A stretch of DNA of 64,000 nt from Mytilus californianus (taxonomy: Eukaryota): the NCBI RefSeq assembly GCF_021869535.1, contig NW_026262668.1, positions 129,146,001 through 129,210,000 on the forward strand, read 5' to 3'. The notes beneath the pieces are model-generated. The model searched no databases. It was not told the origin of the DNA and saw only the letters and a program-made list of their open reading frames with translations. A program made the position numbers and the translations under genes. Of the stretch, positions 52,097-64,000 are shown piece after piece. How positions within the stretch are numbered: the stretch's first letter is position 1; each line of letters opens with the position of its first letter.

Positions 52097-53199
52097 CTGA
52101 AAAAACAATATTGGTAGCTTTATCGAATTGAAGAATTAATTATTGTTTGCTTTATATCAAATCGCAATAATGGGGATAATTGTATTTTTGGAACGGTACC
52201 TCAAAACATATTTGCCTGAACGAACGGGGCATTTAGTTATTCAAGATGATTGTAAATATGTAAATTTTAAGTAAAGTCTTTTTCTTAGAACAATTAGAAC
52301 CTCCAAACAATTCACATTTCTAGTGTGAAACAGTCAATATATATGATAAAAATGATAAGATATCTAGTTACTGCATGCGAAAGTTGTGCTTTCTTCTGGG
52401 ACATGGGAGTTTCAAATTAACTTTAGGTTGATTAAGTGTTGCAAATATGCTACCATAAGTCGAAGAGAAACCTAACGCTTGAAATGCTTCACATTTTTGA
52501 TTTCGGGGCCTTTTAAAGCTCACACAGTGACGAATATGCTTGTATCCACGTCGATTGAAGTCTGGTGGATAGTTATCTCATTGACAATCATACCACATCT
52601 CCTTAATTTAAATATGTATATAACATTATCGGTAAAAGAAACGACGGAAATACATACAAAATTCCACAAAAAAATCTAAAAAGACAGAAAACTAAAGATT
52701 TAGCACCACGAACCCCATAACAACACTGGGAATGAATGTTTGTGCTCCGTAGGGTAAACGGTTCCTTTGCCAAAAGTGGCACCTATCCTTATGGCAAGTG
52801 AAATGTTGACTGTACATCGTATTCTGTGATGTTACAATCGAGGTAAAGAGGATGGGTTGTGACGATGCCTAGTGAAACATACTTGTGGTCAACTTTGACA
52901 TATATATGCCATTACGGTCATCCAATCATAGTAGAAACCGTAACACTTTCAAAGGAATGACATGATATTAACCATTAAGAGCCTTTGAAAACATCATTCT
53001 TCGGAAATTTGTATATTAAAGCTGACAGATAAACATTCATTAATTTTAATCTATTTATTCTTAAAATTCCATGATTAAGAAACTGTCAGAAATTCAAGAT
53101 AGATATTTGTAGATTCAATGGCAAGTATGACGAGAACAAATAGAGTACAAATAATATAGGTAAGTTCTGCAATGTGGGCTGGTAAAGGTTTTGCTCATT

Positions 53200-53660
53200 G
53201 TATTTCCAGGGCTTGTATTTCCTATCATGATTTCCTTAATAGAGGATTGCTGCTCACAAGGAAGCTATTAAACCAAGATTTCCAAGTTGTGAAGTTGAAA
53301 TCATCCGTTCGTAAATTTTACGGACGCCATCACCAGTTGATTGACCGTTATGGAATATCCATTTCACAGATGATAGCGGATATGTTCCTAATGTCGTAAC
53401 TACACCGTCCCCTTTTCCTGAATGTGACTTACCGAATTAGACTTATTACCGTTTTGTACTAACATGAGCAACACGACGGGTGCCACGTGTGGAGCAGGAT
53501 CTGCTTTCCCTTCCGGAGCACCTGTGATCACCCCCAGTTTTTTGGTGTGGTTTGTGTTGCTCAGTCTGTAGTTTTCTTTGTTGTGTTTTGTTTACTATGG
53601 CGTTGTCAGTTTATTTTCGACTTTTGAGTTTGAATGTCCCTCTGGTATCTTTCGCCTCTC
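53200..53660 (+). mobile_element. Penelope-like 3' fragment
   Basis: SRACISYHDFLNRGLLLTRKLLNQ..LKSSVRKFYGRHHQLIDRYGISISQM plus tail. Confidence 0.8.
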
Positions 53661-54239
53661 TTTTGAAAGCCGACGGTTACCTATAGTTGCTAACATCTAC
53701 GTCAGTAGATCTCTGGTGGATATTTATCTCATATGTAATCATACCACATTGTTTTTATTTGTATACTGACGGGGATGAAGGATGAACTTTTAGACTGTCA
53801 CTGGAAAAAAGAGGCTATTATGGAAAGAGACAGGCATCTTGCCTTGCCACAGACGACCAACGGACCACAGAAAAAGTGTGTTTCAACGAGTCTTTAACGT
53901 AGAGGGATTGTGACCCTCTCCCTACACAATGCATCGAATCTAACGTGCCCGTTCCGACCTTCCATGGCTGCGTATTTGTACATCATTCACAGCAAAACTG
54001 GTGCTCCGTTTTTACCACGCGGTTAATTCAATGATTCAATTCAATGGTGGGAGATGAACAGGTGATCACATTTCTTTACCCAAGTCAATCCTTTTTTTTT
54101 ACATTTTTTATTGATCCTTTTGGTGTTCAAACTACAGTGCATACATACATTTTTACAAGACATAAGTGAATGGCATGACATTTATGGCATTGTTATAATT
54201 GTTATTATGCGAATAAGTCATACTAAAAACGATGTGAAT

Positions 54240-54700
54240 AATAAAGGCAACAGTAGTATACCGCTGTTCGAAACTCATAAATCGATAGAAATAAAAACAA
54301 ATCCGGGTTACAAACTAAAACTGAGGGAAACGCATCAAATATAAGAGGAGAACAACGACACAACAAAAACACAACATTAAAAATGTAACACACACAGAAA
54401 CGAACTATAATATAACAATGGCCATTTTCCTGACTTGGTACAGGACATTTTAAGAAAAAAATGGTGGGTTGAACCTGGTTTTGTGGCATGCCAAACCTCC
54501 CGCTTTAATGGCAACGTCAAACACAACACCAAAACGACAACATCACATGACAGGACCACAATACAAATAAATGGGAGAACATATAGGACAAAGAAACACA
54601 CGAATAATAGCTAACAAAAGGTACTAGGCTTAAAATTCAATACGCCAGACGTGCGTCTCGTCCACACAAGACCATCCAGTGACGCTCAGATGAAAAAAGC
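54240..54700 (-). mobile_element. Hammerhead-headed non-autonomous repeat
   Basis: Hammerhead motif at its 5' end followed by the tail family also at 34030-34310, 41987-42220 and 61480-61980. The far end recurs at 63920-64000. Confidence 0.6.
54643..54684 (-). ncRNA. Hammerhead motif, family A, core mutated
   Basis: CGTCA-CTGGATG-GTC-TTGTGTG-GAC-GAGA-CGCACG-TC-TGGCG. Stems I and II pair fully; the core differs from CTGATGA/GAAA. Confidence 0.62.
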
Positions 54701-55676
54701 TTGAAAGCCAAAACAAGTACAAAGCCGAAGAGTACCGAGGACCAAAACTTCCAAAAAGTTGCGCCTAACACGGCCAGAGTTTTCTGCCTGGGACAAGAAC
54801 ATCCTTATTATTTAGAATAATTTATAGTTTTACAAACAGTAAATGATACATCTTAAGAATACTTTGTAGTTCCTTAGATATATAATCATATTCAAAATAA
54901 ATTTAATAACTTCCATAAATCACCCCAAGGAGAAACATTTCACTGATCGATAAAAAGTGAATACACATCTTTAGTAAATAATTTGCTGATAGGCATTTTT
55001 TTATTCTCATGCTAAAACACGAATCCAAATGAGTTGCTGTTAGGTGACGTGTTGTTGTAATAAAAAATCTTTCCAGTCACGTGGTATAGCAAGTTTAATA
55101 GAAATAATATCTGAAAAGCAACATTCAGGTTATATATATTTTTGGTTACTAGCGTCATGAGACAAAAATTCGCCATTACCATCTACAATATCATTGATGA
55201 ACCTTATGCCCTTCATGTACAAAGATCTGTATAAAATACTCGTTCTGTCAACTTTGTTAAAAGGATTGAACCAAATAAATTCTTTTCTCACATGAAATGC
55301 ATCTAACGGAATGAAATCCCCTTGAAACGTTTCCAAGCAGATAACACACCATATAAAAAAGAGTTGCTTTTAAATTTAAAAACTCAAATTCACATCTGTT
55401 CATAAATAAATCCTCTTAATCAAAAAGAGGGAAGAATGCTTAGGAAACATGTTTCCATTTGAAGTCATGTTCTGACAGAAATCATTTTACCCACGTAATA
55501 CGAAAGGATAACAGCTGTAATTCAAAGTTTGGGGAGTCCAGTCCCCCCTCGCTAGGAGACTTTTGAATAACTTCCGATTTAACTTTCGGAGTACTACCAT
55601 TCCATAAAAAACTATTAATATCACGTTGTATTTTAATTACATAAGATTTTGGTACATGAGTAGATGAAATGACATA

Positions 55677-57249
55677 CAGTGGGGATCACTTCTAACCTCT
55701 CATCAAATCTGTCAGAATCTGCCAGGAGAACTGTTCTAGGACAGTATGTATCCTGACACCTTTTAGACAGTTCTAGCTAGAACAGTTCTAACCTAGAACT
55801 GATTTGGTCACTTCTACCTAGAACTGATTTAGACAGTTCTACCTAGAACTGATTTAGACAGTTCTACCTAGAACTGATTTAGACAGTTCTACCTAGAACT
55901 GATTTAGACAGTTCTACCTAGAACTGATCCTGACAGTTCTACCCTAGAACAGTTTTAGACAGTTCTACATAGAACTGACCAAATCTTTGATCAGTTCTAC
56001 GACTAGAACAGTTCTACGGCTAGAACAGTTCTACGACTAGAATTGGTAAGTTCTACGGCTAGAATTGATTTAGTCAGTTCTATCCATAGAACAGATTAAA
56101 GAACTCTTTGTCTTAAATATAAATAAGTCAAAAGAATATAATATTTATTAAAAAATTCTCATCACAGCACTGTTTTAACATTTCTCGTTACGGAAAATGC
56201 CCATAACCGTTTCCTCGGTCGCTTTTATAGCGGAAATTTTGTTACGATGGATGTCGATGGAGGAGAGTGGCAAAACAAATAATTTTATGAAATATTTGTA
56301 CTTACAGGTAAAGAAAATACCAAACTTCATTATTTATAAGTTTATAATGAACGACTGGCGATATTCTGACGGGAAAGGGGTGACACTTTTTTTGTGGATG
56401 GAACCTGCTTTTTGCACAATAAGCTTGTTACCGATTTGATCGAGGTCACAGTTTGTTTACATTCTTCATAATTATTTTATTTTTTAACCCTTTCTTGTGT
56501 AGAGTTAGTTAATTTATCAGGTCTGAGATTACTATAACAATAATATACTATGTGTTATGGTAATCTCAGCCCCATCCTACCCAGCTGCCTTTGGTGGATC
56601 ACTTAGACTCCCATTTGCACGGAAACGGGTATAAAATTTCCCGATGGCCTCTTTTGAAATTGAAACTCCCCCTGTGTCCGATAAAATACTGGAAATCTTC
56701 ACATACGATTTTCCACTTTGGCGAAGATTAACTATTTGCTGTCTCAAAAACATTGAAATTCTGTTAACTTTGACAGGAGGCATTTTGCGTGTGGCTTTAT
56801 CAACGATAATAATAACACTGAATGGTGACCAGTGAGATGCCCTAACTGCAGTGACGTCATTCAGAACTGTTCTACAATCCTGACAGGTTTGGTCAGTTCT
56901 ACGGCTAGAACAGTTTTAGACAGTTCTGCTGACAGTTCTTCGGTTAGAACTGATTTAGTCAGTTCTGCTGACAGTTCTACGGTTAGAACTGATTTGGTCA
57001 GTTCTGCTGACAGTTCTACGACTAGAACTGATTTGGACAGTTCTACCTAGAACAGTTTTAGACAGTTCTACCCTAGAACTGATCCTGACAGTTCTACCTA
57101 GAACTGATTTGGTCAGTTCTACTTAGAACTGATTCTGACAGTTCTACTTAGAACACTTCTAGGGTAGAACTGTTCTAGGACAGTTTAGAACAGTTCTATG
57201 ACAGATTATTCTGACAGTTCTAATGAGAGGTTAGAAGTTATCTCCACTG
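55677..57249 (-). mobile_element. Tc1/mariner-like DNA transposon, 1573 bp, with subterminal 25-bp repeat arrays
   Basis: TA|CAGTGGGGATCACTTCTAACCTCTCAT ... ATGAGAGGTTAGAAGTTATCTCCACTG|TA. LINE copy 1 shows the empty site (AAGCTAATTTATGTCATTTC, about 35523-35542). Confidence 0.88.
56577..56783 (-). pseudogene. Truncated Tc1-like transposase N-terminal HTH
   Basis: RQQIVNLRQSGKSYVKISSIL....VSISKEAIGKFYTRFRANGSLSDPPK resembles the Tc1 paired-like HTH. Stop follows; no DDE domain found. Confidence 0.65.
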
Positions 57250-58619
57250 TAAATAAGCTTCGATATTGCAAGTGATTTAAGAATTACAATTTTACCGATC
57301 AAGGAAAGGTTTCTGATCTTCCACAATTTAATTATTGATTCCATTTTTTCTATGCATGTATCTAAATTAGAACAAACCATTTCTTCAAAAGCATTAAATT
57401 TTGATCCTAAGGTTTTAAAACCAAATGTCCATTTAATGGGAAGGGAACCTTCTTTGTTAAATTTATTTCTTCCAATCCATGTCGCTTCGGTTTTAGAAAA
57501 ATTAACTTTTAACCCTGAACACTTCTCATAATCGTTAAAGGAATCCAATAAAATTTGCGCGGAAAATACATCTTTCAAAAACAAGTGGTATCATCAGCCA
57601 ACTGTGAAATTTTTATTTCAGTGTCCCCAATTTTTATACCAGATATCTGATTGTTCTTACGAATACTTATTGCCAGCAGTTCCACGGCCAAAATAAATAG
57701 AAAAGGAGACAAAGACAGCCTTGCGAACACCTCTCTCAATTTTGAATGGAATAGAACTAAATCCATTATAAACGACAAGACTAGATATATTTGAGTATAA
57801 AGTTAAGACCCATTTCCGGAACTTGCTACCAAAATTAAAAGAAACCAATGTTTTTTGAATAAATTTTCATTCTAGCGTATCAAACATCTTTTCAAAATCG
57901 ACTTGTAAGATTAGACCTGGATAATTCTTTAAAGTAGTAAACAATATAATATCAGCAATGAGTCGTAGATTTTCACCAAATGTATCTACCAGCCACATAT
58001 CCCGTCTGATCCGGATCTATAAGTTTTGGAAGATATAATTTCATTCTTTCCGCAATAACTTTAGCTAATAATTTGTAATACAAATTTAAGAGAGAAAGAG
58101 GACGCCAGTTCGACAAGAGTGTTCTATCTTTATCTTTCTTTGGGATAAGAGTCAGAATACCCCGTCTTTGGTCTATTGAGAGGGTTCCGGTCTTGAAGGA
58201 ATATTCATAGATTTCTAAAACATATTTTTTTATATCAATCAAGAAAAATTTGTAAAACTCAGCAGTTAGTTAATCCTTGGAGTATGGAAATAAACGACAA
58301 AAATCTACATTTGTATTTGAATAACGAATTCACTTCTGCTCCGCTATTCAGCGTCACTGTGTCTATTCAGTGGCGTATCGATGGTGTTTTAATCCAGTGT
58401 GATCAGGTATCCAATTGCTGTAAATATCTGAGCAAATGTAACTTTAAATCTAAAATCACTCTACTCTATTAGATATCAACACTTTCATGTGAAAACAATA
58501 ATATATCAGCCTTTTATAAAAGAAGCTAGAATTATCCTTTAACTTTGATGTCCTCTCACTAAATAATTCATAGTTTAGTGACTATGTTGAACCATCTTCC
58601 CCCTCGAACTTGAAATAAA

Positions 58620-59290
58620 GGATATATTAGTTAAGTATGCCCCTTAACTTGACGTACATCGAGAAATTAATATTGAGGGTCTTTTTAGAACAAATCTTTA
58701 CGAAAGATAAAAGAGATAATTTCCGCTTCCCAAATGCGAACTTTCGATTTCTATTTTGCCATATTTCAGCAGCGCCTGCATATGAAGTATATATTTCTCA
58801 GTTGGTACAATATTCCAGAGCTTGCATTTCCTATCAGGATTTCCTTGATAATGGGTTGCTGCCTACAAGGAAGCTAATAAACCAATAGTTCCAAATGGTG
58901 AAGTAGAAATAATCCCTTCGAAAATTTTACGGAAACCAACGAGTTGGTTGACCATTATGGAATATCTGTTTCAAAAATGACGACGGATATGTTTTAATAA
59001 ACGTAACCACAATCTCGTCCTCTTTTCCTCGAAAGTGACCTACCGAATTAGACTGATGATAGGTTTTTTCTTACATGAGCAACACGACTGGTGGCGCATG
59101 TGGAGCAGGATCTACATACCCTTATGAAGCACCTGCGTATACCCCCGGTTTTTGGTGAGCTCCGTGTTGATCAATCTTTAGTTTTCTATGTTTTGTTTTG
59201 TGTGCTGTTGTTTGTCTTTTGTCGTTTTCCGTTGTTTGGCATTGTCATTTGTTTTTGATTAATGAGTTTGAATATCCATTTGGTATCTTA
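58620..59290 (+). mobile_element. Penelope-like 3' fragment
   Basis: KRDNFRFPNANF..ISAAPAYEVYISQLVQYSRACISYQDFLDNGLL plus tail. Confidence 0.78.
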
Positions 59291-62099
59291 TGATATACTG
59301 CCAATCATCACATTTTCTAAGGATTCGTGTTACTGTCATGTCTGACTGACCCGTGATTTGTTATGCATTTCAAATTCAAATATTTTAGTTTTTATTTTTT
59401 ACTTTTGACCTTATAAGTGTAAAATTATTTTTTCTAAAGTATTGATCAAAACCATCCTCATCTTTCATTATTACTATTGTAAGTCTTTTGTCTGGACCAG
59501 TATTGTTATTGTATTTTTTTCATTTAGAAATTATGTCATATAAAAACACATGTTCACTTATTCTTAAATCATTCATTACAAAATACATACTAATCGCCGT
59601 TAGGATTTCACGTCATCTGAAAAATATGATAGGTTCATTAACATGGGCGTCGTATGTCTAGATAATGAGCTACAATTATGTGTTTTTCTTTTATAGAAAG
59701 TGTCATTTTATAGTTGAAAAGATAATAGGAACAAAGTCTGTTATTTATATGTTTTTTGTAGAGAAAAGTAAAATAACAAAAATACCGAACTATAAACATG
59801 AATATTGCAATAAGTCAATCGCATGATTCGATAATTGGCTTGACAGAAACAGGAAAGGCTACATGTATCATAAATTTTGCAAAACCCCTTCAAAATTGAT
59901 TCACAAATACGTCGATCTACATCTGATCTACATCTTTATGTTTATATAAATCCAATTGTATCAGATATCTCCGTAAAGTCTCTCAGAGATAAATGGTTAA
60001 TTAACATAAACATTATACATGATGATCATATATACATACACTGCTTCTTTCTTTTAATGTTTTTTGCATGCACTTTTTTTGTATTTATATCAATCTGAAA
60101 GTGCAGAGTCAATCATATAACTGTCATAAATTTTCCGTTAAATTTTTAAGTGCAGTATGACACGATGCCATTGACGAAAGTCGGATTCTGTTGCGTTTAG
60201 TAATTGATATCTCTATAGATATAATGATAAATCAAAGGCAACATTTCAAAATCTTTTAGAGAGTGTGCTATATAGAAATTGGTTGCTTATTTCCTAATTT
60301 CATTTGATCACCGCTTTTAAAAAATAAAACTATTTTAGAATTCTTTAAAAAGAAAGAAAATACCATTGAATCGTAATAAGGTTTCTTAAATGTGTAATAT
60401 TTTGGGAAATGACGTCTAACAATTAAAAAAATTGACTAATATTATCAAGACTTATAGCTTTTAATGAAGCAAAGCTTTTGTTTCATAAAGTTTGAAGACA
60501 GGTATCTGAAGAGAAACATGGTAATAAACTTTTGATAGCACATAAGTGTTAAGTTTTTCAAAACCGTTACCCATTTTGTTGAAATTAGTTGACATACACC
60601 AAATTTGTGTGAGAAAAAAGTATTAATATAAAGTATGATTGCCAATGAGCTATATTGACGTGAAATGTTTATAAAATTTTACATTTCATTTTAATGCTAA
60701 CTTTCTGTTCTGAATACTGTAACCTCACAGTATCAAAATATAGTTAAAATCACTTAAATCACTTGATCCTTAATAAAACGTTATCCTATTTCTCCGACGT
60801 CAGTCTGTTGTTCTAATTGTAGATTTTTTTTCAAGAATCCACTGACCACTGTGATAACTTAAGATAACGAATGCTGTCATAAATCATTTTTTAAATTATA
60901 CTCTTAAATCGCTTTTAAAAATGTCGATACATGTCGATACATTCCAACAAACTGGATTTCTGTCTCATTGCTAGTTAATTTCTGTTTTATGAAATATAAT
61001 GTCTTGGTTTGTTCGTGTTCTTTAAATTATTAGTTGACTTATTCTATTTCGGGTGTTAACTATTTTTTACTTAATGAAGATAATGCCGACATTTGAACGT
61101 TCTTGTGTAAAATTATACAGCAATTTCAAAATATAAAATGACAACGATACAAGAGAAAAATTGAATATAACTTTTTTTTTAAATCATAAGAAAGAGTTTT
61201 TTCCGGATGTCAGGTATGAACATTGGTCGATTTTCAGACCGTTTTACCTTTATACGTTTGTGGCTATTACACAATAGTACACACAGTAGCCACTATAAAA
61301 TCAAGAAATTGTAAAATAAACATCCATATGCCGATTACGCTTGTCACTTTTAACGTACAAGGACTTTCAATTTTCTTTTTCTTCATAGCAAATGCTTACT
61401 TATTGTTTTAGTTTTATAATAGTATGTTTCTATCAATCATTTTATCTTTGTTTGATTATAAATGGTCCTAATAAACATCACATCAATATTAAAAAAGTAA
61501 AATAACAACAATACCAAACTCCAAGGAAAATTCAATACGGAAAGTCCCTTATCAAATGGCAAAATTAAAAGCCCAAACACATCAAACGAATTGAAAACAG
61601 CTGTCATATTCCTGACTTGGTACAGGCATTTCCTAATGCAAATAATGTTGGATTAAACCTGGTTATATATCTAGCTATACATCTCACTTATATAACAGTT
61701 GCATAGATTTCCATCATATTGACAACAATGTGTGAGCAAAACAAACAAACAAAGGTAAAAATGTCAAAAATTGGAGTACAGCAGTCAACATTGTGTTAAA
61801 ATCTTAATCACTATGAAAACAAACAACTAAGTCAACAAAGCAAAACAAAATGGCATTTAGACACTCTATAGACAAAGCATATATAAGCATTTCAGCAAAA
61901 ATGAAATAGGAATACAAAAAATGACCACACAATAACACAATGGCGGGATGTATAAATATCGAGCCACGTCAAAAGGATATTATCGTATGAAATTAAGAAG
62001 AAGTCGGTGAGGAGAGGTTTACAGTTCGTCCCCATAGGAATGCCGACAATTTGTTGAAAAAGTCTACCTCCAAATTCAACAAATATGTTGTCAATAAGA

Positions 62100-63540
62100 A
62101 ACGCCAGCGTATATACAGGTCACTTGTTCCTCGGTGTAGGATGTTTTACCTTTTTTTCAGTATTAACAAAATATGCCGTATGGTATCCCAAAGCAATAAA
62201 TGTATAGCGTATGTTACCATTGTTATATTGAAAAGCATTGTTGATTATTTCTTTTAGACGATTTTTCAATTTGACACGGGAAATGGTGGTATAAAGGGTT
62301 GAACAATAACAAGTTTTGATAGAATTAATTTCAGAGAAAGATCGAGATTTAAAATTATTCAGAAGTTCTTTAGAGCTTTTTAGAATCCACATATGCTACG
62401 CGAGTAAGCAGTTTCAAAATCATTTCTGGAGACCTTCTTTCACTGCGGACAGAAATATTGTCAATCTAATGGTTATTCCTTTGTAGAACATGCAGATCAG
62501 CCGGCAATGTACCGTTGTTTGTTTGGAATTTTGTTACGTATCCTATACAAACAAGGTAGTCCTCAGATTTGCTGTTCAATATAATGTTCATTGAAGCCGT
62601 GAAGGACTATGATTCGCCAAATCCCGTCCTTGTCAAATGATGTGTGTTAGTACGTGGGATAAAATGAGTGCTCATTTATTCCTAATTATTTTACCAGACA
62701 CTCGTAGTAGTACGATTTACATACAAAAAAATATTATTTGAAGCTTTGTCCTCAGGAACAACAACATATTTATCGTGAAGAGATGATAGACATTTCACAG
62801 CTTCTTTGTCTCTGAAAAGGGACTTTGGTCGATCATTTACAGTTTTTTAACTTATGGATTCGACGTTTTATCAGAGACCTGATAGCTTTAACCCATTCTG
62901 ACAAAGTGTCCGCTTCAACTTCTTGGCGTTTAGCCCATGCACTGACATAGTCCTTAATGGAATCCATAATTATTTTGGAGTTATGGTTCCAATTTATGTG
63001 TTGGGGTTTCCTGAACTTGGGACCATGAGATATCACCTTTCGGAGATGTTTATGTTGAATGATGTTTAGATCCCCAGTAATGAGGGATGTTGATATAAGG
63101 CGAGTGGGAACAGTCACATGTCAGAGGTGTTTTTTTTAGATATTCTTCAAAATCAAGGTCCTACAATGCTTGCTTATAGTTAAATACTTTAGGTGCAATG
63201 GTTTTTGTGTAACTTTAGGAAACTATAGGAACTGATTTTGAAAACAAAGCCAATAAAAAGAACACTTTAACACGCAATTAAGATGATAAACAACACCAGT
63301 ACCTAGAATCTATACTTCAAGACCATCATGGAAGCCTTGTCTGTTGTTTCTTTATTTTCTAGTTCAGGAGGATATGTTAATGGAACCCAATAAGAAAAGT
63401 TTGGCTTGTTAATGGAAAGAACATCATCAATATATATGTGAAATTGAATGATCTGGCTTCCTTGAACTTCTTGTTTTTGACAAGTGTCTGACAATAATGA
63501 CTAAAGTCGCTAGTTGATTATATGTTTATATGGAAATAAA
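62100..63540 (-). mobile_element. Penelope-like element, rearranged: YIDD piece (63303-63500) upstream of the pre-RT/N-terminal RT piece (62100-63250)
   Basis: YIDDVLSINKPNFSYWVPLTYPPEL; TCDCSHSP..ITGDLNII..LRKVISHGPKFR.P; STLYTTI..KLKNRL. Confidence 0.8.
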
Positions 63541-64000
63541 ATTTAATTTCTGGAATACCACGGCCTATCAAAAAGAGACAGAAGATACCAAGGGGACTAA
63601 TAAGTCGACGAAAAACTGACAAAAGACGGGGCTAAAAAACCGACGAAAAGACGAATAAGTCGACAAAACACTACAGAGAAAACCAGAGATTGAACAATAC
63701 TAACACAACCAAAAACCGGAATCGTATAATACTTCTATGTATTATAATGATAAAAAATATGCGTGTTCACATCGCGTGCTTAAATAGGTTAAGAATGAAT
63801 AAGGGATTTAGCTATCGTAGGTCGGCTTGTTGCTCTGTCTGTCCCTCCGTCAAGGATAAATTTGAGTTTTGGTCTATTTATCAAATACTAGAAATTTAAA
63901 TTTGGCCAGCGGAAAGATCTAAATAAAGGCAACAGTAGTTTGCCGCTGTTCGAAACTCATAAATCGATAGAGATAAAAACAAATCCGGGTTACAAACTAA

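Larger units (their letters stand above)
54930..58600 (-). mobile_element. Tx1/L1-like non-LTR retrotransposon relic (copy 2), interrupted by a Tc1-like element
   Basis: NWRPLSLLNLYYKLLAKVIAERMK, DQTGY, LSPFLFILAVELLA, KISQLADDTTCF, SGLKVNFSKT, with frameshifts. Confidence 0.88.

Noticed and set aside
52340-52405. ATG-containing segment as the missing first C1GALT1 exon
   Set aside because: Its donor GCA|GTAACT is phase 0 from that ATG, while the next exon needs phase 1.
46932-54684. Selection against active sense-strand ribozymes in C1GALT1 introns
   Set aside because: The sense copies are core-mutated, but so are copies outside the gene (8954, 25218, 31505). Six copies cannot separate this from neutral decay.
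56832-57050. Ser/Thr-rich 72-aa ORF
   Set aside because: It is a translation of the subterminal repeat array of the Tc1-like element.

Overview
AT-rich animal genomic DNA with spliceosomal introns, not a prokaryotic window. The repeat landscape looks like a bivalve mollusc, probably Mytilus (inference from recalled repeat families; no search run). Two spliced minus-strand genes can be rebuilt by hand with consistent GT-AG phases. One is a 172-aa protein I do not recognise, complement(join(870..989,1786..1898,2652..2788,3835..3983)). The other is a core-1 beta-1,3-galactosyltransferase (C1GALT1-like), complement(join(32460..32606,38032..38690,51833..52096)), whose first codon is completed by an upstream exon I could not locate. 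Most of the rest is decayed mobile DNA: Penelope-like retroelement (PLE) RT fragments, six minimal type I hammerhead ribozyme motifs in two sequence families, two Tx1/L1-like LINE relics, a Tc1-like element with TA duplication, other TIR elements, tRNA-derived SINEs, pearl/HINE-like elements and four minisatellites. No CRISPR array, rRNA or true tRNA gene was seen. Most short ORFs in the supplied track are spurious or TE-derived.
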